From contig CAYOHL010000002.1 of assembly GCA_964403775.1 (NCBI GenBank), forward strand, positions 1-35,131: a stretch of 35,131 bases of DNA, read 5' to 3'. The position numbers were made by a program, and so were the translations under genes. Positions 8,363 to 15,933 of the stretch are shown piece by piece. Source of the DNA: an uncultured Methanosarcinales archaeon (GTDB lineage: Archaea > Nanobdellota > Nanobdellia > Woesearchaeales > CG1-02-33-12). The notes under the pieces were generated by a model. That model did no database searches. It was not told the DNA's origin and saw only the letters and a program-made list of their open reading frames with translations. Numbering within the stretch: the first letter of the stretch is position 1; every line of letters begins with the position of its first letter.

Positions 8363-8464
8363 AAAATAGATAGATTTTCTTTTAGTAAATGAAGTTAAAC
8401 CCTTGTTTTTTGATGGAGAAATAATTGATAATTATTTTATTGTTCTTTTAGCTTTTTTATCTTC

Positions 8465-8860
8465 TTAGTCTTTGGCTTTCTTAACAACTGCTTTCTTTGG
8501 CTTGGATTCTATTTTCTTAACTTTTTTTGGTTTTGCAGCAGCTTTTTCTTCCTTTTTTGGCTTTACAGCTGGTTCAGTTTTTGGCTTAGAAGTTTCCTTG
8601 GCCACTCTCTTGTTTCTCTTTGCCTTTACCTCTACCTCAACATTCTCTTTCTTAAGCTCATTCACAACATCATCATGAGAAAGGCCTTTCTTAATCTTCA
8701 AAACTTTATCCAAAGGTTCAAGATGCTTTACATTGCACTTTCTTCTTCTTGTCTGGCCGTCTATAAGGACATAATTATCATCAAGCTTATCAATAACAAT
8801 GCACTTTAGTCCAGCATCCCTTCCTGCTGTCTTTAAGCATAATCTTCCTATCTCAAACAT
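8465..8860 (-). CDS. rpl14e: ribosomal protein eL14 (L14e) with Lys-rich tail
   Basis: MFEIGRLCLKTAGRDAGLKCIVIDKLDDNYVLIDG (KOW). Usual position after rpl34e. Confidence 0.9.
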   Translation of the reverse strand: MFEIGRLCLKTAGRDAGLKCIVIDKLDDNYVLIDGQTRRRKCNVKHLEPLDKVLKIKKGLSHDDVVNELKKENVEVEVKAKRNKRVAKETSKPKTEPAVKPKKEEKAAAKPKKVKKIESKPKKAVVKKAKD

Positions 8861-9122
8861 TTTCAGCCCTTTCCTTTATTTTTATCCTCATACATTTAGA
8901 GCATAAGAATCCGCCATATGGCCTTGAGGGCCTTTTCTTTGTCTTGGCCATGTTCTGCATTTTGTATGGCCTCTCTCTTGGAACACCATGTAATTGAGCT
9001 CCGCATAGAGCGCATTCTGTCTTGGATGGCTTTCTCTTCTTGTAATGTATGACCACTTTGTTTCCGGGGAGCTTTGTGTAAACTCTCCTCATTGATCTTG
9101 ATTTGTGTTTTCCTGAAGGCAT
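8853..9122 (-). CDS. rpl34e: ribosomal protein eL34 (L34e)
   Basis: MPSGKHKSRSMRRVYTKLPGNKVV..CALCGAQLHGVP. GAGGT lies 9 nt upstream of the ATG at 9122, and a minus-strand TTTAAATA sits at 9162-9169. Confidence 0.9.
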   Translation of the reverse strand: MPSGKHKSRSMRRVYTKLPGNKVVIHYKKRKPSKTECALCGAQLHGVPRERPYKMQNMAKTKKRPSRPYGGFLCSKCMRIKIKERAENV

Positions 9123-9205
9123 TTTCTTAACCTCAAATATTATCAAAAGGGTAAAACAGCTTATTTAAAAAGCTTTTGGGAAAAATAGCCATGTATGAGA
9201 AGTCT

Positions 9206-9484
9206 TTATTCAATGTATTTTTCAATCTCATTTATCTCTCTTAATTTAGAGCTGTCTAAGCTACAGTGATTCTCTCCAGTGGATTTTTTGTTGATTAAAA
9301 TTCCTTTTTTGAATAAATCATGGATTGCTTCTTCAACAACTTTTTTGCCTCTTAAATGTTTAGGAACACAATTTTTTAAGTGAATTGTTTCTGTATGCGC
9401 TCCTCCATACTTTCTCTTGTTTTTTAACATCCTTATGATTTTTTTCTGGATGTTTCTCATTTCTATAATATCTATTCTTGCCAT
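9206..9484 (-). CDS. small winged-helix-like DNA-binding protein (paralog of 27823..28071)
   Basis: ..KRKYGGAHTETIHLKNCVPKHLRGKKVVEEAIHDLFKKGILINKK.. aligns with the 27823..28071 product (RRLYGAKHIRLERVMKSGFMPHQYGDAKKAIYSLIKKSFVVYAKK). Confidence 0.65.
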   Translation of the reverse strand: MARIDIIEMRNIQKKIIRMLKNKRKYGGAHTETIHLKNCVPKHLRGKKVVEEAIHDLFKKGILINKKSTGENHCSLDSSKLREINEIEKYIE

Positions 9485-9528
9485 AAACATAATAAAACAG
9501 ACATATATTTATAAAAGTTTGTTGCATT

Positions 9529-9550
9529 TTTGTAATACATATATTACAAA
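9529..9550. promoter_or_regulatory. operator-like inverted repeat TTTGTAATA-N4-TATTACAAA between divergent TATA boxes
   Basis: 9-bp perfect arms. It lies between a minus-strand TATA-like box (about 9507-9516) and TTTAAATA (9560-9567). Confidence 0.55.
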
Positions 9551-9597
9551 ATAGAAATATTTAAATATTAGCTCTGTTTTATAACAGTGTGATTAAA

Positions 9598-9930
9598 ATG
9601 AGGTTTCAGGATGAACCAACACTATTTAGGGAGTTGTTAGGTGATACCCCTAAAATAAGGGTTTTAGAATATTTATTAGAAGGACGCGAACTAGACCATT
9701 CTATAGGTAATATTGCAGAAGGTGCTGGGATAAACAGGGTTACATTGTTTAGAATGTGGGATGAAATAGAAAAATCCAAAATAATAATACACACAAGAAA
9801 CATAGGAAATGCTAAATTATATAAGCTTAATATGGATAACCCTTATGTAAGGATTTTAGTTGATTTGTTTGATAAAATCATAAATATTGATTTTCAGGAA
9901 GGTAAAATCAAGAAAAAGGTTATTGCATAG
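9598..9930 (+). CDS. winged-helix transcriptional regulator (paralog of 28198..28596)
   Basis: LLGDTPKIRVLEYLLEGRELDHSIGNIAEGAGINRVTLFRMWDEIEKSKIIIHTRNIGNAKLYKLNMDNPYV aligns with the 28198..28596 product. The track start at 9589 is GTG. Confidence 0.7.
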   Translation: MRFQDEPTLFRELLGDTPKIRVLEYLLEGRELDHSIGNIAEGAGINRVTLFRMWDEIEKSKIIIHTRNIGNAKLYKLNMDNPYVRILVDLFDKIINIDFQEGKIKKKVIA

Positions 9931-9938
9931 TTTAAACA

Positions 9939-10730
9939 TCATGCCACCTTCAAAACCTTTCTTAATATCATGCTAAATATTATTGAGAATATAATATATG
10001 TCCATATCCATCCAAGGCCGAACAACGGCCTTATCGGCGCATTCATCACTTTAATTGATTTCAAAGAGCTTTCATCATTTATCCTTTTTTCAGGAACAGC
10101 ATATTTTCTTTCAGTAGTTATAATCAAATCCTTTTCATATGCCCTTGCGTCATCATCAAATGAATATGCTAGAGTGTAAAGCCCTTCCGGGCCCTTGAAT
10201 TTCCAGTTTGCCATACCAACCCATTTTTCCCCCAAAAAAGCCTTTATTTTGTTTTTTTCCACAGTTTGTGTTGCGCCATTAATTATTTCCAGCTGGTTTT
10301 CAGGAATTACAGAAACAAGGCTGATATCCTTTCCCAGGCCTTCTAAATCAAATGTAAGCATTACATCAAACTCCTGTCCGGGCATTATAGGGTAATATGC
10401 CATATGGGCATTCAACCATCCAAAGATAATAATTATAGGGATAAATGTAAATATCATCGGCTTAAAAGAGTGTTTCATAAATTCAAGGTTTTTTTCCATG
10501 ACTTTTTTCTGGATTTCCATAACCTTCTGCGGGCTGTCTTTATGTTTTTTCATCTCATCCTGATAGTCTTTCATATCCTTCTTAAGACCTTTCATAACAT
10601 CTTGATTTGTTGTAAACTTGTGTATAAGAGTTATTAACAAAGTTATAACAAAAGAAATTATAATAATAGCAAATAAAGGAGACAGATTAAGCAAAGGTGC
10701 AAATATTGGGTTTAATACTGCTTCAAACAT
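9939..10730 (-). CDS. DUF106/EMC3-like membrane protein (archaeal Oxa1/YidC-superfamily) with an inserted ~120-aa domain
   Basis: TM1, then a K/E/M-rich coiled region (MKGLKKDMKDYQDEMKKHKDSPQKVMEIQKKVMEKNLEFMKHSFKPM), then TM2 and TM3. Canonical position after secY. Confidence 0.75.
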   Translation of the reverse strand: MFEAVLNPIFAPLLNLSPLFAIIIISFVITLLITLIHKFTTNQDVMKGLKKDMKDYQDEMKKHKDSPQKVMEIQKKVMEKNLEFMKHSFKPMIFTFIPIIIIFGWLNAHMAYYPIMPGQEFDVMLTFDLEGLGKDISLVSVIPENQLEIINGATQTVEKNKIKAFLGEKWVGMANWKFKGPEGLYTLAYSFDDDARAYEKDLIITTERKYAVPEKRINDESSLKSIKVMNAPIRPLFGLGWIWTYIIFSIIFSMILRKVLKVA

Positions 10731-10731
10731 C

Positions 10732-12126
10732 TTATGAGCCTCCCATGAATCTTCTCATAAGCGGGTTCATGTCCATCATGTGCTGCTTTGATATTTCCTC
10801 ATAAAGCTTGTATATTATCATAACTGCTAACAAAATTCCTGTTCCGCTGCTTAAGGCTCCAGTCAGGTCAGCCAGTGAAGCCAAAAACCCGATTGCAATT
10901 GCCCCCATTATAGTCAAGGGCTGTACATACCTGTTTAACAGCTGCTCTAAAATTCTCTGGTCTTTTCTAAAACCTGGAATTTGCAGTCCAGAAGCCATTA
11001 TCTGCCTTGCCTGGCTTCTTGCATCCATGCCAGCTGTCTGGACCCAAAAGACTGAGAATATTATACAGCCTACAATCATAAAAATCATATAAACAATAGC
11101 CTGTATAAAATCAGCAGAAACAATACTGCCCTTTATTATCTTGCTTACTATATCCGGAGATGAAAGCCATACTATAAGGCCTGACTGAGGGCTGTTTCCG
11201 ACAAAGGTTCCAAGAATTGGATAGCCCCAGTTTTGTAATAACCTTGCCCAAAGCTGTATATTTGCCATAAGGGCAGAAACAAGAATAACAGGGATAACTC
11301 CTGTATAAATAAATGATAAGGGCCATCTTATTCCATAACCTCTAATTCTGCCAAAGCTTAATGGTATCTCAATTTTCATTGCCTGCGCATACACTGCAAT
11401 TGCAAAAACAACTATTGTGGCTAGAACTGCTGCAATCATTAAGCCAGCTGTCACTGGATCTCCTGCTGCCAATGACTGGAACAAGGCAGGGATTGCGCCT
11501 GTTGCTATTCCAGGATTTAATGGTGATGGCAAAGGCGATAGTGCTCTTACAAATATTGTCTGGCTTACTCCAGCTGCTATAAACAAGGATATACCAGAGC
11601 CAAAGCCCCACTTGCTTACAACCTCATCCATAAACAAAATCAGCATTCCGCCAAGGAACAACTGGAAAACTAAAATCAGCTGTAACTGCATATACACGGC
11701 TGTTCCGGCATATTCCATTGCAGGAGCCAATCCGCCCATAAACACAAAAATAGCAGCCTCAACCATGATAATTACAATAGACAATAATTTCTGTATTCCC
11801 TGAAACCTTTTCTTGCCCTCATGGGTTGTTAAATCCATCTTCATTATTCCTGAGCCATTCAAAAGCTGCAGGATAATGGATGCAGTGACTATTGGCCCAA
11901 TACCCAAAGATATTATAGAGCCAAATTTTGCAGCAAGAACTGTTGAGAAATATTCAAACTGTGCTAATGCATTATGCCCAAGGCCAAACAATGGTATCAT
12001 TCCAAGGATAAAAAATAAAATAAGGACAATGCCTGTCCACTTTAGCTTTTCCTTAAAGGAAAGCCTTTTTTGTGTTGGGCCAGACACCTCTGGCAGATTC
12101 TCAATTAAATTATCAATAAATGACAT
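10732..12126 (-). CDS. secY: preprotein translocase subunit SecY
   Basis: 10-TM protein with a typical SecY N-terminus (LPEVSGPTQKRLSFKEKLKWT) and C-terminus. Position after rpl15. Confidence 0.95.
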   Translation of the reverse strand: MSFIDNLIENLPEVSGPTQKRLSFKEKLKWTGIVLILFFILGMIPLFGLGHNALAQFEYFSTVLAAKFGSIISLGIGPIVTASIILQLLNGSGIMKMDLTTHEGKKRFQGIQKLLSIVIIMVEAAIFVFMGGLAPAMEYAGTAVYMQLQLILVFQLFLGGMLILFMDEVVSKWGFGSGISLFIAAGVSQTIFVRALSPLPSPLNPGIATGAIPALFQSLAAGDPVTAGLMIAAVLATIVVFAIAVYAQAMKIEIPLSFGRIRGYGIRWPLSFIYTGVIPVILVSALMANIQLWARLLQNWGYPILGTFVGNSPQSGLIVWLSSPDIVSKIIKGSIVSADFIQAIVYMIFMIVGCIIFSVFWVQTAGMDARSQARQIMASGLQIPGFRKDQRILEQLLNRYVQPLTIMGAIAIGFLASLADLTGALSSGTGILLAVMIIYKLYEEISKQHMMDMNPLMRRFMGGS

Positions 12127-12164
12127 TTTAAATATTTTTTAGTTAGCGAATTTTTCAAACCAAC

Positions 12165-12947
12165 TTATTTTTTAACTTCTTTTTCTTTTGTTTCAGCTTT
12201 TTCTGCTTTTTGAGCAACAGGTTTTTCTTCTTTAGGCTTTTCCTCAACTTTTTCTGCTTTTTCAGCAACAGGTTTTTCTTTAATCTCTTCAGCTTTTGGT
12301 TTTAGTTTTTCCTGTTCTTTTGTTTCAATCTCTTCTTTAATTTCACTTGATTTTTTAGGTTTTTCTTTGATTTCTTTTTTCTCTTCTTCAGGTTTTTCTT
12401 CAGCTTCTTTTTTAATCTCCTGTTTTTCTTCCCTAACCATTTCTTCAACTTTTTCTTTAGGCTTCTCTTTTGGTTTCTCCTTAACCTCTTTGACTTTTTT
12501 CTGTTCTAAGATAATACTTCCACCAGATTTTTTAATCTTATCAATTGCTTTCTTAGAAGCATAATCGCATTTTATAATAAACTTTTTTGTAATTTTGCCT
12601 GTGCTTAAAACCTTGTTAAAGCCAAGTTTCTTTAAGTCAATAACATAAGAATCATTCTTTTTTTCAATCAGTTTCTTTGACAAAAGTGATTCAAGCCTTT
12701 GCTCAATTGTTTTTAGGTTTATTGCTTTTATCTTAACAATTATCTTCTTTGGCCTTGTAAATCCATATTTCCCAAAATATTTTGTATTCTTCCATATGCA
12801 TGGCTTTTTTGCATCACCGCGCTTTCCTGTTCCGGCCATTCCCCTGCCGCCGCGGGAGCCAGCACCTCTGTGCTTTTTCTTGGCGCCCCAGCCATGTGTA
12901 TGAGAGCCTCTCATCTTCCTGTTTTTTCTTGTCTTATAGGTTGTCAT
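12165..12947 (-). CDS. rpl15: ribosomal protein uL15 with ~110-aa K/E-rich C-terminal extension
   Basis: KMRGSHTHGWGAKKKHRGAGSRGGRGMAGTGKRGD. The ATG at 12947 follows the HD-gene stop (12949-12951) directly. Confidence 0.9.
   Translation of the reverse strand: MTTYKTRKNRKMRGSHTHGWGAKKKHRGAGSRGGRGMAGTGKRGDAKKPCIWKNTKYFGKYGFTRPKKIIVKIKAINLKTIEQRLESLLSKKLIEKKNDSYVIDLKKLGFNKVLSTGKITKKFIIKCDYASKKAIDKIKKSGGSIILEQKKVKEVKEKPKEKPKEKVEEMVREEKQEIKKEAEEKPEEEKKEIKEKPKKSSEIKEEIETKEQEKLKPKAEEIKEKPVAEKAEKVEEKPKEEKPVAQKAEKAETKEKEVKK
12286..12344. repeat. about 58-bp module shared with the rpl22 tail (22297..22354)
   Basis: TCTTCAGCTTTTGGTTTTAGTTTTTCCTGTTCTTTTGTTTCAA... is nearly identical to 22297-22354. 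It encodes ETKEQEKLKPKAEEI versus EAKEQEKLKPKAEDV. Confidence 0.8.
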
Positions 12948-12948
12948 C

Positions 12949-13557
12949 TTATTTTCCTTCAATTATTCCAAAAAAATCTTTAGTTACTTTAAAATATCTT
13001 TCTCCTAATTCTCTTCCACTTTTGGTTTGTAAATCATTGTAAGCAGCAAATGCTGTATCTTTAGCACTTTCAATAGATTCCAGAAAATCTTTTCCATACT
13101 TTGCTCTTAGATGAATTATTTTTGCAATACCGAATGGAGAGCATAAATCAATCATATCTGCATCATAAATAATTTTTGATTCTTTTGTATCTGGCCGAGG
13201 AAAATCAAATGTTCTTCCAACTTTTTTTAATTCCAATAACCAAAATTTAGCTGTAGGTGGTCCCATATGAGTTTCAATACTATGACATATTCCTTTAATT
13301 AGTTCTGGATTAGTGCCTTTTTCCTTTAGTAAATCTTCTGCAATTTTAACACCATAAGTATGATGATTTATAGGCGTGCTATCTTTATCTGATTTTCCTA
13401 TGTCATGAAGCCAGGCTGCAGTCTCTACAATCTCTTTATTTGCCCCCTCTTTTTCTGCTAGAGCCAAGGCTATTTTAACAACTTTTTTAGTATGCATATA
13501 ATTTAATTCATCTAAATTTTCCTTTACAAATTCCTTAATTTGTTTAACACCAATCAT
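12949..13557 (-). CDS. HD-domain phosphohydrolase
   Basis: H..AAWLHDIGK..HH..HSIETHMGPP..IIYDADMID (H-HD-H-D pattern). No intergenic space to its neighbours. Confidence 0.8.
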   Translation of the reverse strand: MIGVKQIKEFVKENLDELNYMHTKKVVKIALALAEKEGANKEIVETAAWLHDIGKSDKDSTPINHHTYGVKIAEDLLKEKGTNPELIKGICHSIETHMGPPTAKFWLLELKKVGRTFDFPRPDTKESKIIYDADMIDLCSPFGIAKIIHLRAKYGKDFLESIESAKDTAFAAYNDLQTKSGRELGERYFKVTKDFFGIIEGK

Positions 13558-13992
13558 TTATAATTCACCTTTTTCTAAGGATTTAAGGAATTCCAAGACC
13601 TGATGATGCAAGGAAGTTGTAAAATAATCCTTGACTTCAGTTGGTTTGACCCATTTAACTTCTTTGAATTTGTCTTTTGCTTCTTCTTTGCCTTTAATAA
13701 ATTCACAAAAATAATAAATAGATAGAAATTCCCTTTTCTCTGGATAGGTTTTTGCAAATATAATCTTTTTAACTTTAACATCAAGGTTGGTTTTCTTTTT
13801 GATTTCTTCCTTTAGATAGTATTCCAAATCATCTTTATAGCCAGGTCTTCCTCCTGGAAAACACCATATTAGTTCTTTTATGTAAGGGTCATTTTCTCTT
13901 CTTCCAATCAAAACTTTTTTGGTTTCAGGATTATAGATTATTCCCAAGCAATTTACCAAAAACACACCCCTGTCAAAATCTTTCCATTGCAT
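13558..13992 (-). CDS. Nudix-fold protein with a degenerate Nudix box
   Basis: GIIYNPETKKVLIGRR...WCFPGGRPGYKDDLEYYLKEEIKKKTNL... has the Nudix-like layout, but KK replaces the catalytic EE. Confidence 0.65.
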   Translation of the reverse strand: MQWKDFDRGVFLVNCLGIIYNPETKKVLIGRRENDPYIKELIWCFPGGRPGYKDDLEYYLKEEIKKKTNLDVKVKKIIFAKTYPEKREFLSIYYFCEFIKGKEEAKDKFKEVKWVKPTEVKDYFTTSLHHQVLEFLKSLEKGEL

Positions 13993-14472
13993 TTAAACCA
14001 TCCTTTTAATTAGGTCATTGATTTTTTCTTTTCTGTAGCCCAAGGCCCCGCTTTTAGTGAATGGGGTTTTTATGCCCTTTCTTTCAAAACCTCCTCTTGG
14101 AGGGCTTAATCTAAAATATTTTTTGTATTTTTTATTGTTAATAACTATGAATTTTTTATAGTTAATTTTTTTCTTGCTGTCAGTTTCCCTGCCTTTGAAT
14201 TCCTTTCCCCTCTTTTCAATCAAGAGCCTGTATGTTTCATCATTAATCTCGCCCCAGGTCACATAATCCTTCACCTTTCTTATCATCCCAAACATCCTGC
14301 TGTCCAAAACAACACAATAATTATTATGGTAAAGGCAGAGCATGTTAAGAGTGTCCTTTATGTCTTTCTTTATTCCTGTTACCCCCCTTATTCTTATGAC
14401 AGCCAGTTTCTTTATCTGGTTGTTTTCGCTTTTTTCTGCAGGTTTTTTTTCACTCATTTTTTTCTTCATCAC
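13993..14472 (-). CDS. rpl30: ribosomal protein uL30
   Basis: LAVIRIRGVTGIKKDIKDTLNMLCL..VTWGEIN.. Confidence 0.9.
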   Translation of the reverse strand: MMKKKMSEKKPAEKSENNQIKKLAVIRIRGVTGIKKDIKDTLNMLCLYHNNYCVVLDSRMFGMIRKVKDYVTWGEINDETYRLLIEKRGKEFKGRETDSKKKINYKKFIVINNKKYKKYFRLSPPRGGFERKGIKTPFTKSGALGYRKEKINDLIKRMV

Positions 14473-15352
14473 TCTCCTCTTTATGGATATTTGTTTTTGG
14501 TTCTTTCTTTGGCTTTTCTGTCTTATTTTCTTTGTTGGATTTCTTCTTTACAACATCAATCATGGTTTCTTCTTTGTCCTCAGGCCCTTGTTTCATGATT
14601 GCACCTTCAGCAATACTAAGATTTTTATAATATCTTTGCTGCACTCTTATTGAGCTAAGCTGCTTTAGTGCATTAAAGCATGCCATTATAAGATTTGTTT
14701 TAATCCTTGACTGCCCCTTTGTTTTTGACCATACGTCCCTGATGCCGGCCATGTCCAGAATTTTCTGGCACTCTTTTTCAATGCAAAGGCCCTTTCCTTT
14801 TGGAGCAGGCATTATCTTGATTACAGAAGAGCCGCACTTGGACTGTATTCTGAACGGGATTGAATGTGGCTCACCGCAGCTGCATTGCCATGAACCGCAG
14901 CCACGCTTAATTTTTATAATATTCAGCTTTGCATTCCTTATTGCCTTTTCCCTTGCAGGGACAGTCTCCCTGCTCTTGCCATAGCCTATCCCAACATAGC
15001 CGTTATTATTGCCAACAACAGCGTATGTTGCAAACTTTGGCTTGTTTCCCTCGCTGGTTTTCTTTTGGGTTTGCCTGAAAACGCGCCTTTGGCCACCCCC
15101 GAACTTTCCCTTTGACTGGCCTATCAGCAGCAATTCTGTTTTTAGGTCCGGAAGCAAAGCATCAACTATCTCTGGCTCAAGTATCTTTAATCCATTATCA
15201 AGGATATCATCAACTTTTGTTATCTCGCCCGACTTTACCCTTTTTCCAATTCCTGTTTTTGGGTTCCAGGCTTCCTTGTCAAAAGCAGGCTCTCTGGGGG
15301 ATTTTTTTGTTTCCTCCTCTTTTGTATTATTTGTTTTTTCTTTGGCATCCAT
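14450..15352 (-). CDS. rps5: ribosomal protein uS5 with K/E-rich N- and C-terminal extensions
   Basis: GQRRVFRQTQKKT..YAVVGNNNGYVGIGYGKSRETVPAREKAIRNAK..MPAPKGKGL. Confidence 0.93.
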   Translation of the reverse strand: MDAKEKTNNTKEEETKKSPREPAFDKEAWNPKTGIGKRVKSGEITKVDDILDNGLKILEPEIVDALLPDLKTELLLIGQSKGKFGGGQRRVFRQTQKKTSEGNKPKFATYAVVGNNNGYVGIGYGKSRETVPAREKAIRNAKLNIIKIKRGCGSWQCSCGEPHSIPFRIQSKCGSSVIKIMPAPKGKGLCIEKECQKILDMAGIRDVWSKTKGQSRIKTNLIMACFNALKQLSSIRVQQRYYKNLSIAEGAIMKQGPEDKEETMIDVVKKKSNKENKTEKPKKEPKTNIHKEESDEEKNE

Positions 15353-15354
15353 TT

Positions 15355-15933
15355 TTATACCTTCATGATCTTATCTTTTACATCGCTGAATTGCTTTTTT
15401 ACATCTTCAATATTTTTTTTAATATAGGATGAAAACTGCTTTTCATATTTTTCCCTGCTTTCTTTTCTTAGTTTTTCTGCATACTCTAAAATATGGCTTC
15501 CGTTAATCCTACCCTCTGGAGGAAAAACATTATCCTGGCATGGAATCTTCAAACCAGAATCAACAGCGCCTTTAAGGGCAGCATAAATCCTTGAGCCCTT
15601 AACATTGGAATTAAGGCCAATATCAAGGATTGCCTCTTTTATTGCCTTTTTCCTTGCCTTCTGCCCAAGCAGAAGCCCTGTTAAGTATGCACTTGGGATA
15701 TTGCTTCTGTTAAGAAGGTACCCAAATTTTACAAGCTCCTTTGAATTTGCAGACACAAGCACATTATCGCCTTCTGGCTTGTACTCAATAATCTGGATAT
15801 TGATATTGCACAATGATTTCTTGACAACCAGCCTTGGCTTTCCTGAGACAAGAAGGGCAATTCTTCTCTTATAGTTTGTTTTCTTCTCTCTTTTCCTTCT
15901 TAGCCGGACTATATGGATTTTATCCTTTATCAT
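15355..15933 (-). CDS. rpl18: ribosomal protein uL18
   Basis: RRKREKKTNYKRRIALLVSGKPRLVVKKSLCNINIQIIEY. Confidence 0.92.
   Translation of the reverse strand: MIKDKIHIVRLRRKREKKTNYKRRIALLVSGKPRLVVKKSLCNINIQIIEYKPEGDNVLVSANSKELVKFGYLLNRSNIPSAYLTGLLLGQKARKKAIKEAILDIGLNSNVKGSRIYAALKGAVDSGLKIPCQDNVFPPEGRINGSHILEYAEKLRKESREKYEKQFSSYIKKNIEDVKKQFSDVKDKIMKV

Noticed and set aside
11361-12142. Several plus- and minus-strand ORFs inside the secY locus (11361..11582, 11369..11611, 11417..11803, 11813..12142)
   Set aside because: They are alternative-frame or antisense ORFs within secY. Only the 464-aa frame gives a coherent SecY sequence.
12170-12500. Periodic short repeats in the rpl15 tail, also in 22110-22560, considered as a possible CRISPR or tandem-repeat array
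   Set aside because: The repeats are irregular and in frame, and they encode the K/E/P tails. There is no constant repeat/spacer periodicity and no cas genes.
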